Source of the DNA: Candidatus Omnitrophota bacterium
GTDB taxonomy: Bacteria; Omnitrophota; Gorgyraeia; Gygaellales; Profunditerraquicolaceae
Assembly: GCA_003598025.1 (NCBI GenBank)
Contig: QZKH01000009.1
Location: 64,896 to 128,895 of the forward strand
Reading direction: 5' to 3'
Length of the DNA stretch: 64,000 nucleotides
The first letter of the stretch is position 1, and each line of letters opens with the position of its first letter. Shown piece by piece: positions 39,530 through 49,322 of the stretch. The notes under the pieces are model-generated. The model had not been told where the DNA came from and did no database searches. It worked only from the letters and a program-made list of their open reading frames with translations. Both the position numbers and the translations under genes were made by a program.

Positions 39530-40525
39530 ATGCTTATTCAAAATCCCATAAATTTTTTATTAATTCCCGTTGCGGCGGGGATTATCTATTATTCTTTACG
39601 CAAGAATAAATCTCCCGGAATCCGGTTTTCTTCGGAGAGGTTTCTAACCATAGGCAGCCCTACTTTTAAAACCCTTTCTAGCCGTTATATATGGGTTTTA
39701 CGCCTATTGGTGTTTGTGTTCCTGGCTCTTGCCTTAGTTAGGTTTCGAGTGCCCATTGAAGAATCAAAGATTCAGACCGAAGGCATTGACATTATACTTT
39801 GCTTGGATACCTCAACCAGTATGCTGGCAGAGGATTTTACTCTGCGAGGCAGGCGGGCAAACCGTTTAGATGTAGTAAAAGATGTGGTGGAAAACTTTAT
39901 TCAGGGAAGGAAAAATGACCGCATCGGCATTGTTGCCTTCGCTGCCCGCGCCTATACCGCAAGCCCCTTAACGCTTGATTACGGCTGGCTGCTTGAGAAC
40001 CTTAAGCGCGTTAAAATCGGCATGATCGAAGACGGCACGGCTATCGGCTCGGGCTTATCAGTTGCCCTCAAGCGGCTGGAAAATACCAAAGCAAAAAGTA
40101 AAATCGTAATTCTTTTAACTGACGGTATAAACAATGCAGGAAAAATCTCGCCTTCTTTGGCAGCCGAGGCTGCTAAGGCTTTAAAGGTGAAAGTGTATAC
40201 TATCGGCGCCGGCACTAAGGGTATGGCGCCGTACCCGATGAAAGACTTCTTTGGCAATACTGTGTATCAGCCGGTAAAAATAGATATTGATGAGGATAGT
40301 CTGATAAATATCGCATCCAAGACAGAAGGCAAATATTTCCGCGCTACAGATACAAAATCATTAAAAGAAATTTATGCCGAAATTGACCATATGGAAAAAA
40401 GCCCTATTGAAGAAAAGGGATATATGGAATACCGGGAATTGTTCCCGATATTTTTAACTATTGCTATGGCGCTCTTGTTATTAGAGGTTTTATTGAGAAA
40501 CACAATTTTACGGAGAATTCCTTAA
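39530..40525 (+). CDS. batA: VWA protein BatA
   Basis: DTSTSM MIDAS, PLTLD, GTAIG, LTDG. Confidence 0.88.
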   Translation: MLIQNPINFLLIPVAAGIIYYSLRKNKSPGIRFSSERFLTIGSPTFKTLSSRYIWVLRLLVFVFLALALVRFRVPIEESKIQTEGIDIILCLDTSTSMLAEDFTLRGRRANRLDVVKDVVENFIQGRKNDRIGIVAFAARAYTASPLTLDYGWLLENLKRVKIGMIEDGTAIGSGLSVALKRLENTKAKSKIVILLTDGINNAGKISPSLAAEAAKALKVKVYTIGAGTKGMAPYPMKDFFGNTVYQPVKIDIDEDSLINIASKTEGKYFRATDTKSLKEIYAEIDHMEKSPIEEKGYMEYRELFPIFLTIAMALLLLEVLLRNTILRRIP

Positions 40526-40526
40526 T

Positions 40527-41531
40527 ATGAGATTTGCCAATATGCAAGCAGCTCATCTTTTTTGGTTGATTATAGCCTTGATAGGTTTCTTTTTCTGGGT
40601 AAACGCAAGGAGAAAAAAATCTCTGGAAGCCTTTGCCGATAAAAATCTGTTAGCTACGCTCCTTGCTTCTTTCGATATTCGTAAATACAGATTAAAACAG
40701 GTTTTGATTATCGTTGTTTTCTCATTAGCAGCTTTTTCTTTTATGCAGCCGCAATGGGGGTTTAAGTGGCAGGAGATAAAACGCAAAGGCTTGGATATAT
40801 TGGTAGCGGTAGATGTATCCAAGAGCATGCTTGCAGAGGACATAAAGCCAAATCGCCTGGAACGCACAAAATTGGCATTGGCAGATTTTGTCAAGCACCT
40901 TAAAGGCGACCGCATTGGCCTGATTGCTTTCTCCGGAACCGCTTTTGTGCAATGCCCCCTGACAGTGGATTATGGCGGATTTCTTTTATCTGTAGACGCG
41001 CTTGATATAAATACCATCCCTAAGGGCGGAACCTCAATTTCCAGCGCGATTCGGCAGGCGATGGAAAGTTATGAGGGCGGACTTAAGAAATATAAGGTGT
41101 TGATTATTATTACTGACGGCGAGGATCATGAGGGAGATCCGGTTAAGGCTGCTGAATTGGCTCAAAAAGAAGGCATAAAGATATTTTGCATAGGCATAGG
41201 CACAAACGAGGGCGAGTTGATACCGGTAACTGATGAAAGTGGTGATAAAGCCTTTTTAAAGGATAGAAGCGGAGCGGTGGTCAAGAGCCGCCTTGATGAA
41301 GCAACTCTGCAAAAAATAGCTCTGGCTACGGCGGGGAGTTATGTGCGCGCAAGCGCCAAAGAGTTCGGGTTAGACTTAATTTATAAAGAGAAACTTTCGG
41401 AAATGGAAAAGAGAGAACTTGAGACCAAGATGGCTAAGCAGCATGAGGAGCGTTTTCAGATTCCACTGTCCATTGCTTTCTTTCTTTTGGCAGTCGAATT
41501 TCTCTTAAGCGATAGGAAGAAGGCGTTATGA
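40527..41531 (+). CDS. batB: VWA protein BatB
   Basis: PQWG, DVSKSM, ITDGEDHEG, VVKSRLDE. Confidence 0.88.
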   Translation: MRFANMQAAHLFWLIIALIGFFFWVNARRKKSLEAFADKNLLATLLASFDIRKYRLKQVLIIVVFSLAAFSFMQPQWGFKWQEIKRKGLDILVAVDVSKSMLAEDIKPNRLERTKLALADFVKHLKGDRIGLIAFSGTAFVQCPLTVDYGGFLLSVDALDINTIPKGGTSISSAIRQAMESYEGGLKKYKVLIIITDGEDHEGDPVKAAELAQKEGIKIFCIGIGTNEGELIPVTDESGDKAFLKDRSGAVVKSRLDEATLQKIALATAGSYVRASAKEFGLDLIYKEKLSEMEKRELETKMAKQHEERFQIPLSIAFFLLAVEFLLSDRKKAL

Positions 41532-42379
41532 GTAAAAGTTGCAGGGTAGCTACATTTTTTATTAGCTTGTGTATTTTTGCGGTTGCGAACTTGCCGTGCT
41601 TTGCTGCAACTGATGCTAAGAAAAACGTCAAGGAAGCAAACAGGTTTTACAAACAAGGAAAGCTTGATGAGGCGCTACAGAAATATAATGATGCAAGCGT
41701 AGCCCTTCCTGATTCTGATATCGTAAACTTCAACATGGGGACAGCGTTATATAAAAAAGAAGATTACGAGAAGGCGCAAGATGCCTTTACTAAGGCCTTA
41801 ACCAGCGAAGATAAGAAGCTCGAAGCAGATGCCTTATATAATTTGGGGAATTGCAAATATAAATTGGGTAAGCTTAAAGAAAATACGGATTTATCAACCA
41901 CCGTAGCACTTTTGCGGGAGTCATTGGATTATTATAAAAGAGCGATAGATTTAGACCAGAAAAATACCGATGCGCGTTTTAACCATGAGTTTGTTGAAAG
42001 AGAGCTGAAGGTTTTACTGGATAAATTAAAGCAGCAACAATCTAATACCGATAAACAGAAAGAACAAGAGCAGCAACAGGAGGAACAGAAGCAAGGCACT
42101 TGCCCTACGGGTAAAGAACAGGGTAAGGAAGATAAAGAAAAAGAAGGGTCGGCTCAAGAAAAGGAGCAAAAGCAACAAGAAAAAGAAGGTCAAGAGGGGC
42201 AGTCGCAACAAGAGGAGCAAGCAGCCGCAGAAGAAACACAACAAGAAGAGCAAGGTAAGGAGTTATCAGAAGAAGGGGCACGCGCGCTTTTAGAGCGCTA
42301 TGGGCAAGAAGAAACAACGCCAAATTATGAAGATAGGCGCACCGGAGCCTATGATAGGGAAGTATCGAAGGATTGGTAG
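41528..42379 (+). CDS. batC: TPR protein BatC with Q/E-rich linker
   Basis: TPRs (YNLGN), low-complexity Q/E/K stretch, terminal KDW. Confidence 0.85.
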   Translation: MSKSCRVATFFISLCIFAVANLPCFAATDAKKNVKEANRFYKQGKLDEALQKYNDASVALPDSDIVNFNMGTALYKKEDYEKAQDAFTKALTSEDKKLEADALYNLGNCKYKLGKLKENTDLSTTVALLRESLDYYKRAIDLDQKNTDARFNHEFVERELKVLLDKLKQQQSNTDKQKEQEQQQEEQKQGTCPTGKEQGKEDKEKEGSAQEKEQKQQEKEGQEGQSQQEEQAAAEETQQEEQGKELSEEGARALLERYGQEETTPNYEDRRTGAYDREVSKDW

Positions 42380-42388
42380 ATTAGGATT

Positions 42389-44236
42389 ATGAAGAGGGCA
42401 TTATCTTTTACCTTATTTTTTGCGTTATTTTTAACTTCAGTCGCTCATGCTAGTGATATCCAGCTTGAAGCAACGGTTGACCGCAATAAAATAGCGCTTG
42501 GCGAAGCGCTCCAGCTTAATCTGACTTTTCAGGGAACGCAGAATGTTTCTGCGCCAAGTATAGATAAAATAGAAGGCTTTGATGCGCGCTATCTTGGGCC
42601 TTCTACCATGGTTTCGATTATTAACGGGGCGGTCACAAGTTCCATAACCCACGTTTACACCTTAATTCCTTTAAAGACAGGTACCTTTACCATAGGGCCG
42701 TTTTCCGTGCAAGCTCAAGGGAAAACTCTGACTTCTAAGCCGATAACCGTAGAAGTAGTTTCAGCTCCTACTGGAGGCCAACAATCTGCTCCCGGTCAAG
42801 CCTTACAAGAACCAGCTCCTACAAAAATAGACGCGGAAGAATTAAAGGATAGAATTTTTTTAATCTTGAGCATAGGAAAAAGAAAAGCATATTTAAGTGA
42901 GTTTGTACCGCTAACCGTAAAACTTTATGTAAACCGCTTAGGCGTGCGGGATATTCAGTTCCCCGAAATAGAAACAAACGATTTTTCCATTGAAAAATTT
43001 GGTCAGCCAAAACAGTACCGCGAAGAATTTGGCGGTGTCTTGTATGATGTTATTGAGTTCACGACGAATATGTTTGGAATAAAGCCGGGAGATTTTACTT
43101 TAGGACCGGTAAAATTAAAGTGTAATTTGGTGGTGCGCAGACAAGCTCAAGCGCACCGGCGAACTCCCTTTGATGATGATTTCTTCAACGGGATGTTCAA
43201 TGACGACATTTTTAATGATTTCTTCGGTAGATATGAAGCGTATCCCTTAGAGTTAAAATCCACAGAGATTCCGATTACAGTGTTATCTTTACCGCAAGAA
43301 GGAAAGCCTGAGGGTTTTGATGGAGCATTGGGTAATTTTCAATTAAATGTTGAAGCAATGCCTCTTGAAGTAAAAGCAGGAGATCCTATTGCCTTGAAAA
43401 TGACAATAAAGGGAGAGGGGAATTTTGATAGCGTTAAGGCCCCGCGGTTACAATCCAAAGATGGTTTTAAGGTTTATGACCCACAGGTTAAACAGAATGA
43501 AAACGAGAAAATTTTTGAACAGGTAATTATTCCGGATTCGGAAAACATAACCCATATCCCGCAGATAAATTTCAGTTTCTTTAATACAAAAACAGGACAA
43601 TATGAAGTCTTAACGCATGAACCTATTCCGATAACGGTATTGAAAGCCGATGAGGCTCAAACAAAATTGATAGAATTACCCCAAGCTCAGGTTAAGATCG
43701 CGCAAAAAGAAGAGCTGGGAAGGGATATAATTTACCTTAAAAGCTCGCCTGGCCAATTCAGGAAAATCGGCCGTTATCTTTATCAAAATTTAGGCTTTTG
43801 GCTATTTCAGATATTAAGTCTTATTATATTCTTGGGTATCCTTATTTTTAATCTTAGACAGCAAAGATTAATTACCGATCAACGTTATGCGCGCAGGTTG
43901 CAAGCTCCGGCAAATGCAAAAAAAGGCATAAAAGAAATTGACAGGTTATTGCGGGAAGGTAAAACAGAAGCATTTTTTGACACGCTGTTTAAAACGGTCC
44001 GAGAATACCTGGCTGATAGATTTCATTTGCCCGCAGGCGGCATAACCGCGATTACCATTGAAGAACTAGCCAAAGAAAAAGGTATTGCCCAAGAGACCTT
44101 AGATAAAATAAAGAAAATTTTTGCTGATTGTGATATGGCTAGATACGCGCCCAGCCAATTTGGTCAGAAACAATTAGAAGACATCTTCCAAGACTTGAAA
44201 GAGATTATTGATTATCTGGAGAAGCAAAAGGCATGA
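42389..44236 (+). CDS. batD: BatD family protein
   Basis: Signal peptide, ATVDRNKI..GE, GALGNF, C-terminal TM, ARYAP. Confidence 0.88.
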   Translation: MKRALSFTLFFALFLTSVAHASDIQLEATVDRNKIALGEALQLNLTFQGTQNVSAPSIDKIEGFDARYLGPSTMVSIINGAVTSSITHVYTLIPLKTGTFTIGPFSVQAQGKTLTSKPITVEVVSAPTGGQQSAPGQALQEPAPTKIDAEELKDRIFLILSIGKRKAYLSEFVPLTVKLYVNRLGVRDIQFPEIETNDFSIEKFGQPKQYREEFGGVLYDVIEFTTNMFGIKPGDFTLGPVKLKCNLVVRRQAQAHRRTPFDDDFFNGMFNDDIFNDFFGRYEAYPLELKSTEIPITVLSLPQEGKPEGFDGALGNFQLNVEAMPLEVKAGDPIALKMTIKGEGNFDSVKAPRLQSKDGFKVYDPQVKQNENEKIFEQVIIPDSENITHIPQINFSFFNTKTGQYEVLTHEPIPITVLKADEAQTKLIELPQAQVKIAQKEELGRDIIYLKSSPGQFRKIGRYLYQNLGFWLFQILSLIIFLGILIFNLRQQRLITDQRYARRLQAPANAKKGIKEIDRLLREGKTEAFFDTLFKTVREYLADRFHLPAGGITAITIEELAKEKGIAQETLDKIKKIFADCDMARYAPSQFGQKQLEDIFQDLKEIIDYLEKQKA

Positions 44237-45003
44237 GAGCCAAAAATATCCGAAATATCTTTATTTTAGCTGCGCTATTCTTACTTCTTTTCTTAGAAGC
44301 AGGATTTGTTTTTGATGATCAGGAAACAGGGGCTTTTAACCGGGCCAATGTTTATTATGAGCAGGGAAATTTTGACGAGGCAATCAAACAATATAAAAGC
44401 ATTGTTGAAGAGGGTCTGGAAAGCGGCAATCTCTATTATAATCTCGGCAATTGTTATTTTAAGAAAGGCAAGCTCGGAGAGGCTATTTTTTACTATGAGA
44501 AGGCTCGCAGACTGATTCCACGGGACAGGGATTTGGAATCTAATTATGAATACGCTTGCTCGTTGATTAAAGGCGGCACTTTCAGTAGCCAGGAAAGCTT
44601 TCCCGCAAGGTTATGGAATAAGCTATTTGAAAAGCTTGCGATTGACGGATTGACTCTCGCACTCAGCATATTTTTTATTTCAATTCTAATTAGCATCTTG
44701 GCGAGTCTTTTCTTTGCGCCGCTTAAAAAACAGGCTTTAATTCTTACTGCCTTTTTGGGATTGTGCTTTGTTGTTGGTCTCGTCGGTCTGAAAGGAAAAA
44801 TTTCTCGCTTAAACAAAGAGGCAATCGTGGTAGTGGAGCAGGCGGATGCCAAATTTGAGCCGATGGAAAAAGCAACAACCTATTTTACTCTCTACGAGGG
44901 TATGAAAGTCGAAGTGGTAGAATCCAGAGATAATTGGCATAAAGTCAAACGCCAGGATAAGAAGAGCGGCTGGGTGCAGTATAGCGCAATCCTTCCCTTT
45001 TAG
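44233..45003 (+). CDS. batE: TPR-SH3 protein BatE
   Basis: YYNLGNCY, YEKARRLIP, 2 TM, LYEG..V...W..SGWV. Confidence 0.85.
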   Translation: MRAKNIRNIFILAALFLLLFLEAGFVFDDQETGAFNRANVYYEQGNFDEAIKQYKSIVEEGLESGNLYYNLGNCYFKKGKLGEAIFYYEKARRLIPRDRDLESNYEYACSLIKGGTFSSQESFPARLWNKLFEKLAIDGLTLALSIFFISILISILASLFFAPLKKQALILTAFLGLCFVVGLVGLKGKISRLNKEAIVVVEQADAKFEPMEKATTYFTLYEGMKVEVVESRDNWHKVKRQDKKSGWVQYSAILPF

Positions 45004-45036
45004 CAGTAAAACAAGCATCAAACAAAATTTTAAGCC

Positions 45037-45093
45037 TTGACATTTGCACTAAATGTTCATAAAATGTGAACTAATCGTTCACGCATCGTGAAC
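45037..45093 (+). promoter_or_regulatory. Promoter/operator of MNT-HEPN pair 2
   Basis: TTGACA, TAAAAT; alternating GTTCA/GTGAAC half-sites at 45055, 45066, 45077, 45088. Confidence 0.7.
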
Positions 45094-45111
45094 ACTTATC
45101 CGGAGGCGATA

Positions 45112-45651
45112 ATGGAAAGCATTTTTTCTACAAAGGAACGATTAAAAATCCTAAAAGCAGTTATTTTTAATAAAGCGCCTATCAGCGTTAATGTCATTGC
45201 CGCTCAGCTTAAACTAAGCAAGGGGCTGGTCTCTAAGTACTTTGAAGTTCTGCTAAAAGAAGGCATTGCTAAGAAGTCAAATGGTAAATACCTTATAGTT
45301 GACTCTTCCTTTACAAAGGCAGCCAAGATTTTATTAAATATAATCGGCATTGATGCGGAAATTTTCAAGAAGTTTGACTTTGTGGAGGCTGTTGGCCTTT
45401 ATGGTAGTTGCGCTAAAGGGGAGAACACAGATGATTCTGATGTGGATCTCTGGATAAAGATTAAAAGCGTAAGTGATGAGAAAGCCGCCTCTTTAACTAC
45501 TATAATGAGCAAGAAAATCAAGAATGTTAAGCCGTTATTCTTAACTACCGAGAAGATTGAGAAGATGAAAAAGGATGACATGCTTTTCTATCATTCCTTG
45601 TCATTCGGCTCAATCGTTCTCTACGGAGAAAATAATGCCATTCAATTATAA
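45112..45651 (+). CDS. HTH plus MNT nucleotidyltransferase
   Basis: wHTH; LYGSCAKG...SDVDL; GGAGG RBS before ATG 45112. Confidence 0.88.
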   Translation: MESIFSTKERLKILKAVIFNKAPISVNVIAAQLKLSKGLVSKYFEVLLKEGIAKKSNGKYLIVDSSFTKAAKILLNIIGIDAEIFKKFDFVEAVGLYGSCAKGENTDDSDVDLWIKIKSVSDEKAASLTTIMSKKIKNVKPLFLTTEKIEKMKKDDMLFYHSLSFGSIVLYGENNAIQL

Positions 45652-46081
45652 CGATTGCATGAGGGAAGGGTTACTGAGGAAAATCCCGCCATCAAAAGAT
45701 AAGGCTGTCCAGTCATTAAAGAAAGCGCAACAGTGGTTAAAAGAAGCGGAGAATTCTCTGGAAGGGAATGCATTCAACTCATCAATTTTGGCTTCTTATA
45801 TGGTAATGTTTCATGCGGCTAGGACTATCCTGTTTTTTGATGGCTTCCGGGAAAAGAGCCATGCCTGCGTAGCAAGATATCTTGAAGAGAAATATGTTAA
45901 AACTGGCAAGCTGGATAAGAAGTGGGTTGAACTATTGGATCACAGCCGGGAAATTAGGCACGATGACCAGTATGACCTTAGTTTTTTCTCAACCAAAGAA
46001 GAAGCGGAGAATGCCTTGAAGTCCGCTAATGACTTCTGGGGTGCTATAGACGGTTTATTTAAGGCGATCTCTTCTAAGTAG
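45635..46081 (+). CDS. HEPN domain protein
   Basis: YMVMFHAAR, REKSH, RHDDQY; aligns with 23010-23444. Confidence 0.88.
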   Translation: MPFNYNDCMREGLLRKIPPSKDKAVQSLKKAQQWLKEAENSLEGNAFNSSILASYMVMFHAARTILFFDGFREKSHACVARYLEEKYVKTGKLDKKWVELLDHSREIRHDDQYDLSFFSTKEEAENALKSANDFWGAIDGLFKAISSK

Positions 46082-46109
46082 GGTGAAACAGCATTAAAGG
46101 GGCATGAAA

Positions 46110-46532
46110 CTAAGCCTTTGGAAATAGGCTTTCAAGCGCGTTTCGCCGTTCTTTTTCGGTTTTGAGGCGGGATATCCTTAAAAGCCGTTTGCCGTTGAAT
46201 ATCTTTAGCTTGTCTTGATCCTGGCAGGATTTTATGGTTTCAATGAAGTCCTGGGGTAGGGTGTTAACTATCTTTAAGAGGTGGGCTACCTTGGAGTCTG
46301 AAATTTGCAACTCTTGGCTGGCTCTTGCCCAGGTCATCCTGGTAGGGCTGTTTTCAATAAAGGATTGCAGTTTGAGGCCCTCATAGATGATATTTTGGTA
46401 GATTCTCTTGGGCCGTGCCGGAGGCGCTTCAAACGGCTTGATTAAAGACAATAAAGTGCCCTTTTTGCGGCTTTTATAGAACCTAAGAAGCAGGATAGCC
46501 TCTGTGGTTCGAAAACCGTCTATTGTGGGCAG
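46110..46532 (-). pseudogene. Orphaned C-terminal part of the island 2 recombinase (restored on excision)
   Basis: Open frame starts exactly at the att core: LPTIDGFRTT...LLSLIKP...RIY...LPQDF...RLKT; homologous to 23430-23861. Confidence 0.88.
46527..46532. repeat. attR core GGGCAG
   Basis: Encodes L-P on the minus strand, in frame with the C-terminal fragment. Confidence 0.8.
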
Positions 46533-46565
46533 TACTTCGACTCGGCCTTCGGCCTCGCTCAGTAC
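46531..46565. repeat. REP-like palindromic element
   Basis: AGTAC-TTCGACTCGGCC-TTC-GGCCTCGCTC-AGTAC. Confidence 0.55.
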
Positions 46566-46753
46566 GAGTAGTTTATTAGAAAAGTCCGTATTGGGTTGCT
46601 TTTATTTATTACTTGGACGAGAACCAAAGTGGTGCGGGGTGAGACCGTCCCCGCGCTTTCGCGGTGACAGGGAGCTAAGGTAACGACGAATCGAAGGAAA
46701 ACATTCTTGATAATAGTTTTTTCAGGGGTATAATAGATAAAAATTTACGGATT

Positions 46754-46837
46754 GCGCGGGTGGTGGAATGGCAGACACGCTACTTTGAGGGGGTAGTGGG
46801 GCAACCCGTGAGAGTTCAACTCTCTCCCCGCGCACCA
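46754..46837 (+). tRNA. tRNA-Leu(GAG)
   Basis: GCGCGGG/CCCGCGC acceptor, loop TTGAGGG, long variable arm, ACCA end. Confidence 0.96.
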
Positions 46838-46840
46838 AAT

Positions 46841-46871
46841 AAAATACCCGCATAAGCATGCGGGTATTTTT
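46841..46871. terminator. Bidirectional terminator
   Basis: AAAATACCCGCAT-AAGC-ATGCGGGTATTTT between convergent units. Confidence 0.88.
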
Positions 46872-46891
46872 ATAATGTAATAAGTATTATT

Positions 46892-47818
46892 TTATCTGCG
46901 CTTATCTTTTATAAAATTTGATTTTTCCATCCTTTTAGCAGCTTCTTTTAATTCTGCCCCTATTTCTCCGATTTGAGCAACATGCTCTATTTTCCTGAAT
47001 TCATTTGTGACAACCCCGATAGACACTGACAGGATGGGTACCTTTTGTTCGCGGCCCTGGCGGTCTTTACCAATAATATAACCAAGTTTTCTATCATGTT
47101 CATTATAGAAAGAGGGGGCTATTTTATCAAAATCAGATATTATCTTTTCGCAAATTCCATCCGCAGATTCAAGAGATGTGACTACTACAAAATCATCGCC
47201 TCCGATATGGCCTACAAAATCTCCTTGAGAGCCTAGCTCCTGCGTTGACCTGATAAGGATACGGGCAGTTTCACGGATAACCTGGTCGCCATGTTCAAAA
47301 CCGTATTTATCATTGTAAGATTTGAATTTATCCAGGTCAATATAACAGACGGCAAATTTTTCCTGGCTTTCGATCCTCCTTGATAGCTCATTCAATATCG
47401 ATACGTTACCAGGCAGGCGGGTAAGGGGATTGGCCTCTAAGTCAATTTCGGTACGCCGCAATATCATTTTTATGCGCGCTATTAATTCTTTGGGCTCAAA
47501 GGGTTTTACAATATAATCATCAGCCCCTGCGTCGATTCCGCCTACCTTATCATTGAGATCGCCTTTGCCTGTTACCATTATTACAGGCATATGCCTCAGC
47601 AACAGGTCTTTTTTAATCAACGCACAAACCTGCCTGCCGTCTACCTTAGGCATTTTATAATCAAGCAATACCAAGTCAAATGCCCGGCTGTTAATTAATG
47701 CCAGCGCCTCTTCCCCGTCTTTTGCCTCGTGGACTTCGTAGTTTTCTTCCGCCAGGGTAATTTTAAGTATATCTCTTATGTCCGGATCGTCGTCTACAAC
47801 CAGTATGCGTATTTTCAT
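46892..47818 (-). CDS. Response regulator with GGDEF-type domain (GGDDF variant)
   Basis: REC plus ANPLTRLPGN, DLDKFKSYNDKYGF, GHIGGDDF. Confidence 0.92.
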   Translation of the reverse strand: MKIRILVVDDDPDIRDILKITLAEENYEVHEAKDGEEALALINSRAFDLVLLDYKMPKVDGRQVCALIKKDLLLRHMPVIMVTGKGDLNDKVGGIDAGADDYIVKPFEPKELIARIKMILRRTEIDLEANPLTRLPGNVSILNELSRRIESQEKFAVCYIDLDKFKSYNDKYGFEHGDQVIRETARILIRSTQELGSQGDFVGHIGGDDFVVVTSLESADGICEKIISDFDKIAPSFYNEHDRKLGYIIGKDRQGREQKVPILSVSIGVVTNEFRKIEHVAQIGEIGAELKEAAKRMEKSNFIKDKRR

Positions 47819-47826
47819 ATTTAATT

Positions 47827-49320
47827 TTAACTTTTTTTACGTTGTAAAGTAAAACTGAATATTGAACCGTTGCCTAATTCGCTTTTAACCCAGATTTTAC
47901 CTCCGTGGGCTTCCACTATGCTCTTAACAAGTGCCAATCCTAATCCGGTACCTTTTACCTCTTGGTTAATGGCGTTATCTACCCGGTAAAATTCTTCAAA
48001 AATCGCCTCTTGCGCTTCTTTGGGTATACCATAGCCGGTATCAATAACGTTGATTTGTATGGTATTTGGGTCAAGTTCTTTAGTCTCTATAGATATTTTT
48101 CCTCCGGCAGGAGTAAACTTTATGGCATTGCCCACAAGATTTATCAAAACGCGCTCAATCTGTGTTTTATCGGCGAGGATCTGTATAGGATTTTGTGTGA
48201 TCTTATAACTTAAATCCAGCTGTTTATCTTTTGTCTGTACTGATAATAAATCAGTTATTTTGTTGATTATGGCGTTTAAGTCGCACGACTCTAGCTTCAT
48301 GGTTACCCGTCCTGCCTCCATTCTTGATATGTCCAGCAGGTCGTTTACCATATGCACCAATTCATCGCTATGAAGATTAATTTTGGTTAATCTTTCACGT
48401 ATCTCTTCAGGTATTTCTCCTAGTTTTCCGGCAAGCAATATCGAGGCATATCCTTTAATAGATGTCAGCGGCGTTCTGAGCTCGTGAGATACGCTTGAAA
48501 CAAAATCTGTCTTTCGCTTGCTTATTAATTTAACTTCGTTAAGGGCTTTTGTAAGATCGCGCGTTCTTTCTTCAACCTTTTTTTCCAAGTCCTGCTGAGC
48601 GAGCCACGTTTTTGTAAAAAGCCTGGCATTCTCAAGTGCCTGGCCTATTTCGTTAGCCAGTATAGTTATTAATTCTTCATCGCCTTCTGTAATTTTTGTG
48701 TCTGTTCTTTGCGTGCCGACAACCAGAAAACCTCTGTTCCCTTCATTGGGCAAGATAGGCGCAATAACGAATGATGTTGAATCAAATGTTTCCTTAAGGA
48801 CGTTAATTAAGCCTGTTTCTTTTGACAGGGAAGATATGGGCCGTTCTTGTTTTATGAAATTCAGATAAAATTCTTTATTCTGTTTTAATTTAGGCTGAAA
48901 AGAACTGGCTGTGTCTTCGCTGTAGCCTATACTTAGATAACAAGAGAATTCATTATTGTTATCCAGAAGAAAACCGCAGGCTTTTTCGAATCCTAAATTT
49001 TCAAGATAACTTATATCGATCATCTTAAAGATCTGTTTTTCCTCCAGAGTTGTGCTTAGCGATTTTGATAATTTCTGCAAAGCGTATAGCCCTGTTATTT
49101 TCTTATCTAATTCTTCATGCGCCTTATTGAGCTCAAGGTCTGTGCGGACGATAAGCTTGGCTTGTTCGTCCATCTCGTTAAGGGAGCGTTTTAGTTCATT
49201 AATTATTGCTTGCTGTTTTTTAATTTGCTCCATTTTCGCGCTTAGATAAATTACAAGCGCAAAAATTGTCAATATTGAAGCTATGCCCAGAATATTGATT
49301 AAGCTTTCATATGAGAGCAT
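47827..49320 (-). CDS. GAF-containing histidine kinase
   Basis: TM, coiled coil, GAF (ALENARLF), SHELRTP, NAIKFT, GTGLGL. Confidence 0.92.
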   Translation of the reverse strand: MLSYESLINILGIASILTIFALVIYLSAKMEQIKKQQAIINELKRSLNEMDEQAKLIVRTDLELNKAHEELDKKITGLYALQKLSKSLSTTLEEKQIFKMIDISYLENLGFEKACGFLLDNNNEFSCYLSIGYSEDTASSFQPKLKQNKEFYLNFIKQERPISSLSKETGLINVLKETFDSTSFVIAPILPNEGNRGFLVVGTQRTDTKITEGDEELITILANEIGQALENARLFTKTWLAQQDLEKKVEERTRDLTKALNEVKLISKRKTDFVSSVSHELRTPLTSIKGYASILLAGKLGEIPEEIRERLTKINLHSDELVHMVNDLLDISRMEAGRVTMKLESCDLNAIINKITDLLSVQTKDKQLDLSYKITQNPIQILADKTQIERVLINLVGNAIKFTPAGGKISIETKELDPNTIQINVIDTGYGIPKEAQEAIFEEFYRVDNAINQEVKGTGLGLALVKSIVEAHGGKIWVKSELGNGSIFSFTLQRKKS

Positions 49321-49322
49321 AT

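Noticed and set aside
42020-42270. Repeat array or CRISPR in the CAA/GAA-rich stretch
   Set aside because: It is the low-complexity Q/E/K linker typical of BatC; no repeat-spacer structure. No CRISPR array was seen anywhere in the window.
46110-46451. Stand-alone 113-aa gene starting at TTG 46451
   Set aside because: No RBS, and the frame and homology extend 27 codons further to the att core; better explained as the split recombinase C-part, though independent translation is not excluded.
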